Source: a virus
Lineage: Duplodnaviria; Caudoviricetes
Reading direction: 5' to 3' (one strand)
DNA length: 64,000 nt
Virus record (IMG/VR): IMGVR_UViG_3300017585_000267
Span: 41,239-105,238 of that record
The translations under genes and the position numbers were made by a program. Under the pieces are notes generated by a model, which saw only the letters and a program-made list of their open reading frames with translations, did not search any database and was not told where the DNA came from. Positions 8,651 through 17,438 of this stretch are shown here, piece after piece; within the stretch, counting starts at the first letter, position 1, and every line of letters starts with the position of its first letter.

Positions 8651-9105
8651 TGCCTTAGACTACTAGTGAAAGTCTACACACCCCCCGAAGGTATGCGACA
8701 CGACAAGTAAGGGGAGAAGGTGGCTGGTAAGGGAGGCAGATGTGACTGATACAGAATACGTTACAGAAACAAGCTGCAAACATATCCCTGAGATATTGCT
8801 GCCAAGGGCAAAAAGGTTCTTTGATATAAGCATGGTCCGTTGCTGATGCACTCTAGAGACGCTGAGGGAAAAACGGGATCGAGATAAAGACCATTAGGTG
8901 TAATAACCCGCCCATGTGAAGTTCAAGGAATAAGCTGAAACCCAATGGGTTCAGAAAGGGAGACGGTTCGTCCCCCTGGGTATACAGGTATCCTCTCTTC
9001 AGAGAGGTTCTTAAAAAACAATCTGAATCAACAAGCAACAGTTTCAACATTCTCCCCCGGTGATAACACCTACCCAAGAAGAAGAGAGGATGAGCCGGGG
9101 GGCCT
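8651..9105 (+). ncRNA. Candidate large structured ncRNA A
   Basis: Follows a promoter, no plausible ORF; many helices (TGCCTT/GAGGCA, TAGACT/AGTCTA, ATGGTC/GACCAT, CCTCTC/GAGAGG, CCCCCGG/CCGGGGG). Confidence 0.5.
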
Positions 9106-9230
9106 ATTGTCATAACCCTGGTGAAACGTCCTTCAAGGTAGGTTTCAATCTCGAGACTAACTCACTGATACTCAATAAATTATAACTACTATTAGTGATA
9201 GTTGAAAGTTAATATGGTACTTTCGGCTTA

Positions 9231-9385
9231 ACGAATGTGCCATATTGCCATTTACTAATGTGGCATATTCCTTAAGGTGAATACCCCATGTAGGTTGTTT
9301 AAGCATTTTTCAATACCCCGACTCACGAATGTGCCATACTCGTCACGTCGACTTTGCCACTTAGGAGTTCACGAATATGGCACTT
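9231..9385. repeat. Four iteron-like direct repeats (ACGAATGTGCCATA consensus) next to an AT-rich tract
   Basis: Copies near 9231, 9253, 9325 and 9371. Confidence 0.6.
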
Positions 9386-9489
9386 AAGTCGATGACGCCT
9401 AATTTTGGCCAAAATCATCCGATTTTTATCGACATAAAGGATTCACTTAGGAATTCCCCCTCCCCTGGATGGATTCCATGCCGCATATA

Positions 9490-10097
9490 CCTATTATATA
9501 TAGGAGTCCCCGGGCAGGGACATCATACGGCTGGGGCGGGAGCCCAGGGTGGTGGCGAATAATCCCCCCACAGGGTTTCGTCCTCCATGTCGCCCATACC
9601 TATTATATATATAGGCATGAAATTCCATCTACTCCTATTATATATATAGGAGTCCCGGTTACGGCCAAACCCAAGCTACACCTATTATATATATAGGAGT
9701 CACAGGCCGGCCACTCCTATTATATATAGGTACAGGTCCCAGGTTATACCTATAATATATATAGGTGCGGTGTCGTGGCTATACCTATAATATATATAGG
9801 AGTGTCGGCATCCATGTCCCGGTCCATATACTTATATTATATATATAGGAGTGGGACTGCCACTACACCTATTATATATGGGGCCACAGCCCTGCCCACT
9901 CTTCATGGTCATGGAGTCCAGGCCATACCTATTATATATAGGGATTCCTGGCCAGGCGATACACCTATTATATATAGGAGTGCCGGGCTTCCCATACCTA
10001 TAATATATATATAGGTATCCAGGCCATGGTCGAACCCGGACTACACCTATTATATATATAGGTGTGTCAGGTCGGCCATACCTATTATATATATAGG
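9490..10097. repeat. Array of 14 palindromic CCTAT(W)(AT)nAGG repeats with unique spacers, mostly 18 or 30 nt
   Basis: Repeat starts 9490, 9599, 9634, 9681, 9716, 9749, 9784, 9831, 9868, 9928, 9964, 9997, 10046, 10081. Confidence 0.95.
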
Positions 10098-10164
10098 CAT
10101 GGGACCATGCCGTCGCCTGTAGTGGAAAATCAAAAAAAGACTTGCAGGATTGAAGAATCCTTCC

Positions 10165-10172
10165 TATATTTG
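10165..10172 (+). promoter_or_regulatory. Bacteroidota sigma-A promoter -7 box
   Basis: TATATTTG with TTG at about 10142. Confidence 0.75.
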
Positions 10173-10177
10173 CGGCG

Positions 10178-10511
10178 ACTCTGGGAGGAGCTGCATCCTC
10201 AGCCGTGCCGAGCCACCCCCTTACGGAAAGGGTCTAACAGGGCTGGTACAGACATCGGGTCGAGAATGGGAGCCGTCCCGATACGGAAACATATCCCTGC
10301 CTCGTAGCCAACTGCCCCGATACCAGAGAAACCGCAGGTTGCCATGACCCCAGCTCGACACCATTGTGCAGCTTATGGAAAAATGGTGTCCACGAACAAA
10401 CGTGGAGGCAATGCCAGAACCCCAGGCGGGAAACGCAACCGAGCAATGGCGATGAGACTTTGACGAGGAGCCAGGGTCTCCAGGCAGGTTTCAGGCGATT
10501 TATTTTTTTTT
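10178..10511 (+). ncRNA. Candidate structured ncRNA B
   Basis: Promoter upstream, T-run at end; helices CTCTGG/CCAGAG, GAGGA/TCCTC, ATCGGG/CCCGAT, GACACCATT/AATGGTGTC, CCACG/CGTGG, GAGACTTTG/CAGGGTCTC. Confidence 0.55.
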
Positions 10512-11426
10512 CGACCTGAGCGTGCCAGGGGGCTCCTTTGCGAAAGAGAGTTCTATTCACTGACGTTCATAGAAACTCTTGCCTTTCTTGATTCAGGAGC
10601 CCTTCCCCCTCACTCCAGCTCCACACTCCTGGGTACGCAGTTCATAAGTACACAGTTCAGTCAATCAGCCAATCAGTTGGTTGGTTCAGTTGAAGGAACC
10701 CAGGCTGTGGGGAATCAGGGTTCACACAACGGCTCTCCTGGGCAGGTGTGGCTGTGTCGACTCCCCGGGGGGAGGACCCCCCGGCCCCCCCCGGAAGCGA
10801 GTGTGGGTGAATAGACATCTTGTCCGCTACTTGGGTACTGCTGAGGTACTGGTTCGCTTGGATGCACCACTTGAAGGGACCAAGGCTGTATGGTGGCGGG
10901 GTTCGCCCACTCCTTCCTCCCTGAGGACCCAAGGCTGAGGGCAGTCGCTTCCTGAGTGGACTCCTGGCTAAGGGTACTATGTTCACTTGGCCCTCTTGGG
11001 ATGGTCCAGTGGACACCAACCAAGTGGCCACCCCTTGGAAGGGATGTCGCCTTAAGGAACCTCCTTTAAAGGGACTTCCGGTCATAAGGAAGTGATCCCA
11101 TGAGGGCTTGGTTGGTTCTGTCCCTCCCCCGGTTAAGGCATATTCCCAGGTGCCACGCCCCTTGAGGGGACATCCTTAAGGAACTCCCTTGAATGAATCC
11201 TGAAGGGAGCCCTGTGAATGAAACCCCCAGGGAACCTCTTGAATGGACTTCACTTGAAGCAGGCCGCTTCATTCACTCCTTGAGGCCACTATGGGGACTG
11301 TCCTTTGGGAGCCTGCATTATTCCCCACCCCTGCCCCATGCCCCCTCCCTGTGAAGCAGTCTTTGCCGTCACGACCCTTGCAAGTCTGGCCGATGTTCAC
11401 TAACTTTGTACAAAACCTAATGGCAC

Positions 11427-11858
11427 ATGCGAACTAAGGAAAGATTCTGCTTCATGTACCCAGACGGGATGTCGAGGCTCCTCAGGGGACGCCTGCTCGA
11501 CCCGGCAGCCAAGGTCCTCCTGGGGCTCACGGGATACCTCGGGTACAACACCAACGTGGTGAAGCTCGACCCCATCAGGAGGACCTCGCTGGCTAACTCA
11601 TGCAGGATACCCAGGACCGCTCTTGACGACGTGCTGGCCGCCCTTGTGGGGGAGGGGGTGCTGGGGATGCTGGATGGGGACACCTACGTCATGGACAAGT
11701 CCCTCTTCTGGAAGGGGGACCTCAACTCAAGGGACGCTCTGAAGATGAAGGACCTCGGGAGGACCCTTGCAAGCTCACTCGAAGGAGCCTCCGTCCCGGT
11801 GGACCTTCCTGACACGGGAGGCTACTGGCAGCCGGATTCCTCGTTTGAACTCCGGTGA
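11427..11858 (+). CDS. RepL-like winged-HTH protein
   Basis: NTNVVKL..RRTSLA...ALDDVLAALVGEGVL...YVMDKSLFWKGD pattern; own promoter TAACTTTG at 11401. Confidence 0.7.
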   Translation: MRTKERFCFMYPDGMSRLLRGRLLDPAAKVLLGLTGYLGYNTNVVKLDPIRRTSLANSCRIPRTALDDVLAALVGEGVLGMLDGDTYVMDKSLFWKGDLNSRDALKMKDLGRTLASSLEGASVPVDLPDTGGYWQPDSSFELR

Positions 11859-11953
11859 AAAAAAATAAGGGAGCGACCCCATAAGGGGCCACTCCCACTG
11901 AAAGAAAAAAAACAAGGGACGCAGCCCGCATTGGACTGCATCCCCTGTACTTT

Positions 11954-12235
11954 TTAGGCCTCGACCCTCACGATGTCATCGCTGCCATCCCTGTGGAGGG
12001 TAATGAGCCTCGCCTTGGTGAGGTCCACGGAATCCCCTACGCCCAGGCTGCTCTGGTTGGAAAGCGGAATGTAGGTCTGCCCACCCGCCTTCATGAAGAA
12101 GCACACGGAGCTGCCGTACTGCGAGGCGACCACCTCCGCCGACTTGACGGCATTGATTTCCTCAGCCTCGAATGCACGGGATCCAGTCACGTTCCAGTTG
12201 CCAGCGTAGGTCCGCAAAGAAGAAAAGATGTTCAT
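11954..12235 (-). CDS. 93-aa protein, paralog 2 of 3
   Basis: Aligns with paralogs; followed by hairpin plus T-run terminators (11860-11945). Confidence 0.85.
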   Translation of the reverse strand: MNIFSSLRTYAGNWNVTGSRAFEAEEINAVKSAEVVASQYGSSVCFFMKAGGQTYIPLSNQSSLGVGDSVDLTKARLITLHRDGSDDIVRVEA

Positions 12236-12508
12236 GATGTTTGTGATTTAAGTTGTTAATGATGAATGTTGACTACGGGAACCCTGTGTTCCCGCAAAAA
12301 CCCGGGAAGTGTAATGGGGTGGGGGTTCCCTATGGGACGCCGCCTGTGGAATGCCTGCCGACGGCGCTCCAACATGCAGACGTCGCTTCAGCCAGCCTTC
12401 CCTGTCCCACAAAAGGACGCCGCTCCCACTTGTCGTCGTTGCCGCCAGGCTTTAAAAAAATAAGGGGAAGAGGCCCGAAGGCCCCTCCCCCATTGCATTG
12501 AGACTGGC

Positions 12509-12790
12509 TTATGCCTCGACCCTCAGAATGTCCGCCTCCCCGTCCTTGGAGAGCACGACCAGCTTGGCCTTTGTGAGGTCTATGGACTGACCCACGGCTG
12601 CGGAGGCATCCCTGCTCATCGGTATGAACTTGGAGCCTCCCGCCTTCATCATGAAGCAGCAGGACGTCCCGTATTGGGACGCCACCACCTCGGCGGACTT
12701 CACTGCGTCTATCTCCTCTGCTGAGAAGCCCCTCGTTTCCTTTACGTTCCAGGATGCGGCATAGGTCTTGAGTGAATTGAAGATGTTCAT
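12509..12790 (-). CDS. 93-aa protein, paralog 3 of 3
   Basis: Aligns with paralogs; terminator at about 12453-12490. Confidence 0.85.
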   Translation of the reverse strand: MNIFNSLKTYAASWNVKETRGFSAEEIDAVKSAEVVASQYGTSCCFMMKAGGSKFIPMSRDASAAVGQSIDLTKAKLVVLSKDGEADILRVEA

Positions 12791-12929
12791 AATGTTTGAA
12801 ACCCACTTACAACTGTGTCTCCACAGAGCCTTAAAGGGTACTGGCTTTTGGTTTACGGAATAATGTTTTGGGGAATACCTTATGTAAGGACAGCCTGGGC
12901 CTTCCCCTGGACCCAGGCCATCCCGAAAG

Positions 12930-13187
12930 CTACTTCAGGCCAAGCAGGCCGTCGTAAAGTTCACCGTCACAGGAGACCCTCATGATTTCAGGGACCCTGG
13001 ACACCGCAAAGAACGCATAGCTGGAGCCATGGTACGTGCCATTCCTCCTGGCCTCGTAAATCCTTTGCTTCCTGAGGCACTCGGCCTTGGCCTTCTGCCT
13101 TAGGGCAATCCGTTCATCGGTGAACTTGGCGAGGTTAATCCTAACCCCGTCCTTTCGCTCCACCTGGAGCAGATAGAACCATCTCAT
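12930..13187 (-). CDS. Hypothetical protein
   Basis: ORF in minus-strand small-gene cluster. Confidence 0.55.
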   Translation of the reverse strand: MRWFYLLQVERKDGVRINLAKFTDERIALRQKAKAECLRKQRIYEARRNGTYHGSSYAFFAVSRVPEIMRVSCDGELYDGLLGLK

Positions 13188-13289
13188 TTCATTTCATGAT
13201 TAAGGTTATACATAGAGTTATTATCACAAGCAAGAGCGCAACAATCTGCGCCCTTGCCTCCTTGAGTTTCCTGTAGTCCGACTTCATGC

Positions 13290-13634
13290 CTACACGAACT
13301 TTGCGTTGTCAGGCATCCTGTCCTTCCAGCAGTCGGGTATCTCGCCCTGGAACCACAGGTTGTCACAGGCTACCTCATGTCCGTCATTGAACTTGATGAG
13401 GTTCGTGGCTCCGCAGAGCCCGCTTGGGTATCCCTCGGCATGGGGCTTGAGGACGTAATGGGAGCCATCTATAATGGCGTACCCGTACCGTCCCCTCTCC
13501 TTGTCCCATTTCATCTGGTTCCTCCAGTGGTTGCAGGAGAAGCACATCCGGTGTTTCCGGAGTTCCCTGGCGCAGCTCTCGCGCCATTCTGCGGTGTTTT
13601 CGGTGGCACCGCACACCTTGCATTTGAAAATCAT
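13290..13634 (-). CDS. Hypothetical Cys-rich (CxxC) protein
   Basis: CKVC, CFSC, NLWFQGEIP; A-rich leader. Confidence 0.7.
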   Translation of the reverse strand: MIFKCKVCGATENTAEWRESCARELRKHRMCFSCNHWRNQMKWDKERGRYGYAIIDGSHYVLKPHAEGYPSGLCGATNLIKFNDGHEVACDNLWFQGEIPDCWKDRMPDNAKFV

Positions 13635-13779
13635 AGCTTTTTAGTTTAATGGTTTATGGTAATGTGATACTCCCTGCCCCACTTGGGCAGGATGTATTTC
13701 CTGAAGTTGTCAAGGGATTCCCTTGAGCGGAAGCGCAGGTCTCTCACCCAATGGGAACCCCTCCACAGCGACACTGTAA

Positions 13780-14019
13780 TCATTCCTTGGCTTTCTTCGG
13801 GAACGTGCCCCTGTACACCTCACGCGTACAGAAGCCGAAGAACCAGGCCAGCATGCCCATGAGTACGGCCATGCATAGTCCCAGGGACGGGTTTCCTCCC
13901 AGCATCCCCGTGACCAGAAACCTCCAGGCCAACGCCATGAAGTTCAACGTCATGAGGCCGAGGCACATGATGACTACAATGCCAAAGGTCTTTTTGGTGA
14001 ATCTGACAATCCTTTTCAT
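13780..14019 (-). CDS. Membrane protein
   Basis: Two hydrophobic segments; start at MKRIVRF. Confidence 0.6.
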   Translation of the reverse strand: MKRIVRFTKKTFGIVVIMCLGLMTLNFMALAWRFLVTGMLGGNPSLGLCMAVLMGMLAWFFGFCTREVYRGTFPKKAKE

Positions 14020-14124
14020 CTTTTTACGGTTTAATGGTTTATGGTTTGACTTTGTTTTACTTCTTCGACTGTCCGTAGTCAAGAAGCGGCATCAGGATGA
14101 TGCAGAGCAGTATTATCCAGAACA

Positions 14125-14448
14125 TCAGTATGTCCTCCCAAGTTCAGTGTTTATGTAATCCATTACGGAGTCCCTCGTCCACCTGAGCGCATGGCCGAAC
14201 AGCAATGCCGCGTCGAGGTCCTCCTTCCTCATGTGATGAACCTGGCAGTCATCTTCAGAGGCCGCGTTTATGGAGCTCGCCGACGATACCATCAGCATTC
14301 CCCTATAGCCGTCTGAGGGCTTCATCAAGAAGTCCCCGAACTCATTGGTGTACTCTGTTTGTGCGCCTTCCATGCGTTCAGTCCATGTGTTGAAGTCCAT
14401 GGTGTCAGTGGCGACTGCGAAAGTGCCGATTAATTGATCGATGTTCAT
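14125..14448 (-). CDS. Hypothetical protein
   Basis: A-rich leader, 107 aa. Confidence 0.65.
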   Translation of the reverse strand: MNIDQLIGTFAVATDTMDFNTWTERMEGAQTEYTNEFGDFLMKPSDGYRGMLMVSSASSINAASEDDCQVHHMRKEDLDAALLFGHALRWTRDSVMDYINTELGRTY

Positions 14449-14494
14449 AACTTTTTTTGGTTTAAATTGTTTAACTTTGGTTTAATATTAAGGG

Positions 14495-14851
14495 TTAACC
14501 TTCAATCAGGAGAATCAGCTGATGATGCTCACTATCCACATCTAGGATGATAAGCCTCCCGTCCTCAAGGTGAACCAGCAACGTCGGGATGCACAATTCA
14601 CCCAAATCCCACTGATCGAAACAGTCGAAGTCCGGGTTCCCTTCCGGGGTCAGCATATCTTCCCCATCCTCCCCATAGAACCCGCTGATGTGTTCCTGCG
14701 CCCGTTCCTTGATGTAGGCTACCAAAGACGCAGCGATGCGCCCATCGGGGAATGCAAGTACTGGTGATTCCCCGTTGGGGTACGTGAATGTGTACCTTGT
14801 GGTCTCCAAGATGGAGATTACCTCTGCAAAGCTAATAATCTTTGCTTTCAT
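14495..14851 (-). CDS. Hypothetical acidic protein
   Basis: 118-aa ORF with conserved leader motif. Confidence 0.65.
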   Translation of the reverse strand: MKAKIISFAEVISILETTRYTFTYPNGESPVLAFPDGRIAASLVAYIKERAQEHISGFYGEDGEDMLTPEGNPDFDCFDQWDLGELCIPTLLVHLEDGRLIILDVDSEHHQLILLIEG

Positions 14852-15303
14852 AATTCATCCCTTTCCACCACACTCGAGCTGAAAGGGTAACGGCTTTAAT
14901 TGTTATTAATATTTAGCTGTCTTTCGTTTCCAGGCACAGCTATTCCTGTTTTACAAGGAATGACGGAACACACCATGTTGCGATGTATAGTCTGTCATTC
15001 CTCCAGGTAACTGTATCCAACGCTACTCCGTAATCGTATGAACACAGTACCTGGAAGTCCTCAAGGCTAATGTAGCCTTGTACCCTTATGGAGCTTTCTC
15101 CATTTCTGTCAAGCCTCACTTGGGTGTCCACGTGCTCAATGGCATTGAGTACCTCCCGTTACTTTATGCCTTTAACCATGTCGGTGAGCTCCGACAGCGT
15201 GAGGTCTCTATGATGCCTCACGTCCTTTATTTCTTTCATTGTACTTCATTTGTTCGTTTTCAACGAGTTCCTGATACTCATCGAACCGGTCTTCTTCAGT
15301 ATT

Positions 15304-15540
15304 TTATTTAATAGAAGTTGATAACAGTTCATCATATTCGGGAATCACACAATACTCCGCGATTACTCGCACTCTGTCACAGTCATCACCCTCGACGACT
15401 TCAATGAGCCTATTTTGCCCGTAGTAGAGCTTCACAAGGGCAAGGCTCCCCAACTGCTCGTAGAGAGCTACCAAGACCGCATCCACGGTCACCTCCTCGC
15501 CATAAGACATAGGCACGAGGACTTTCTCAATTTTCTTCAT
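15304..15540 (-). CDS. Hypothetical protein
   Basis: Start MKKIEK after A-rich leader. Confidence 0.6.
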   Translation of the reverse strand: MKKIEKVLVPMSYGEEVTVDAVLVALYEQLGSLALVKLYYGQNRLIEVVEGDDCDRVRVIAEYCVIPEYDELLSTSIK

Positions 15541-15632
15541 TTTTTTATTATTTATGAATTTGGGTGAACGTAAACCCCAGTCACCCATTCCAGGGATGTA
15601 TATATTCTATAATAGGCCTGACTATATCATTC

Positions 15633-16016
15633 CTATGGCCACCCGCTTGTAAAGGGAGCCAGATAAGCTTCTACATCCGGCCATACCTTCTTAAGCCCTA
15701 TGCAGGCATCGAGGAGTAGGGACTCATTATCTATCTCCAAATCCTCCAGGTAATCCTCAATTCCCCTACGACAGTCCTTCAGAATGAGGTCACCATCAGT
15801 CTCATCTTCATAGAGTTCATACACCTCATCCAATTCATTAAAGACAGTAAGCCTGGATTTACCATCAACAACCCAGAGCTGAGCCCAGTAGTAACACTTC
15901 GCATCCCATGGGCGCAGGTTCAGGATATCTTTCTTGTAGCACCACGGCTGGTTGAACATGATAAGGTTTGCGTCGTTCAGGATGTTTCCTACTTCGTCAA
16001 GAATTTTGTTGTTCAT
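15633..16016 (-). CDS. Hypothetical acidic protein
   Basis: First gene of the minus-strand small-ORF block. Confidence 0.65.
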   Translation of the reverse strand: MNNKILDEVGNILNDANLIMFNQPWCYKKDILNLRPWDAKCYYWAQLWVVDGKSRLTVFNELDEVYELYEDETDGDLILKDCRRGIEDYLEDLEIDNESLLLDACIGLKKVWPDVEAYLAPFTSGWP

Positions 16017-16257
16017 AGCTTTTGCTGTTTTATTCGGCAGGCGTTAGTAATCCAATCGTGGCAACTGCCTGCCAGCGTTTCCATACTGTGTATGTAGCAG
16101 CAGGTAATCCCTGCTGCAAAGCATGGGGAGGGGTACTCCCCCAACCCATCAAACATGGGGGGATACGTATATAATAATCACCCCTCTTTATCCCCACGTC
16201 CCGTTTTCAAAAATTTCAAAAAATTTTTTTATTTTTGCGGAGTTAAACTTTGTCGAT

Positions 16258-16569
16258 ATGGTAAGATTCTTTAAGAAAGTCTATGGCTGGATTACCGGCT
16301 TCACGGCTGATAAGTACATGCACTTCATCGCGGGCGCCGCCATAGTTGGCTTCCTGTCTGCGGTGGGCAGCCTGTTCCCCGTTGACTCCGGCATGTTCAC
16401 CGTGCTCTGCCCGGGCTCCTTCTTTTGGGGCATCGTCGCTAGTTTCCTGAAGGAAATCTATGACATTGAGGTCAGGAAGGGCAAGTTCGACGAGGTGAGT
16501 ATGGCCTTCACTTGCGCAGGCGCCTTCCTACAGTGGATAGCGGTCATCGTCCTCATGAAGTTTTATTAA
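16258..16569 (+). CDS. Membrane protein (DKxxHF motif)
   Basis: DKYMHFIAG...KEIYD; promoter TATTTTTG at 16230. Confidence 0.65.
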   Translation: MVRFFKKVYGWITGFTADKYMHFIAGAAIVGFLSAVGSLFPVDSGMFTVLCPGSFFWGIVASFLKEIYDIEVRKGKFDEVSMAFTCAGAFLQWIAVIVLMKFY

Positions 16570-16618
16570 TGTCTTTCCCGTCCCTCGTCTTGGGAGATGG
16601 GATTCTTTTTCTCCTTGC

Positions 16619-17095
16619 ATGAAGAGGGTAAATAGGGATAGTAGGCTCAAGAGGAAGATGTCCTCGAAAAGGACTCCCTCGGGGAGGGAGTCCTCCCCTT
16701 CCTATATAAGGGAGCACAACGCCTTCATGAGGTCTAAGGCGAACGACTTTTTGCAGCGTATGGTATGCGAGCCGACCCAGGCCGAGGAGGTGTTCTCACG
16801 TCTCCTCAAGGCCTTGGGAGTCTACTTTATCCCCCAGTACCCCATATTCATAAGGAGGGACACTGGGCTGATCGAGAGGTTCTACATAGCCGACTTCTAC
16901 CTTCCCGGGAAGGACCTTGTGGTCGAGATTGACGGGGGCTACCACTCGAAGGACCTCCAGTGTAGGTACGACTCCTTCAGGACCGAGGACATACGGTCCC
17001 ATTATCCCAATATGAGGGTGCTCAGGATTGACAACGCCAAGGTGCTTGACCCTGGGGGCCTCTATGAGTTCGCGAGGGATCTTCTCTCTATATGA
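16619..17095 (+). CDS. DUF559/Vsr-like endonuclease
   Basis: PTQAE, FYIADFY, VVEIDGGYH, RYDSFRT, VLRI. Confidence 0.85.
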   Translation: MKRVNRDSRLKRKMSSKRTPSGRESSPSYIREHNAFMRSKANDFLQRMVCEPTQAEEVFSRLLKALGVYFIPQYPIFIRRDTGLIERFYIADFYLPGKDLVVEIDGGYHSKDLQCRYDSFRTEDIRSHYPNMRVLRIDNAKVLDPGGLYEFARDLLSI

Positions 17096-17336
17096 GGAAC
17101 GTGAGCAGCAGCTCCCTAAGGAACATCTCCTCCACCGCATCTACGAGCTTGCCCTTATGATCCCCTTTCCAGGGGCCGTCGGCCTGGCTGGCTATGACGA
17201 CACTGTCTCCCTCATGCAGTTCCATGAGGTATCTCCTGGAGTCCTTTCCCAGGTCGGACCCCTTCACTGTCCTCCTCAGCGACAGCCTCTTTCCCGTAAG
17301 CTCCCCGAGGGTCTTCACTATGTCTTCCATTTTCAT
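17088..17336 (-). CDS. Small hypothetical protein divergent from portal
   Basis: MKMEDIVKTLGELTG...; real C-terminal part of the 689-aa shadow ORF. Confidence 0.5.
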   Translation of the reverse strand: MKMEDIVKTLGELTGKRLSLRRTVKGSDLGKDSRRYLMELHEGDSVVIASQADGPWKGDHKGKLVDAVEEMFLRELLLTFLI

Positions 17337-17438
17337 GACGCTAATATAGGAAAAAATCGCAAAACTAAGGTTGTCTGTTAAGCAGTTGCAAAACTTTTCC
17401 GTCTTTCCTATCTTTGCATGAAATAAGCGTATAAGGAT

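Noticed and set aside
9490-10097. Canonical CRISPR array
   Set aside because: Repeats are short, vary in length and are AT-palindromic; most spacers are only 18 nt; no cas genes in the window
9377-10307. Short ORFs with repeated PIIYI across the array
   Set aside because: Translation by-products of the DNA repeats, appearing in several frames
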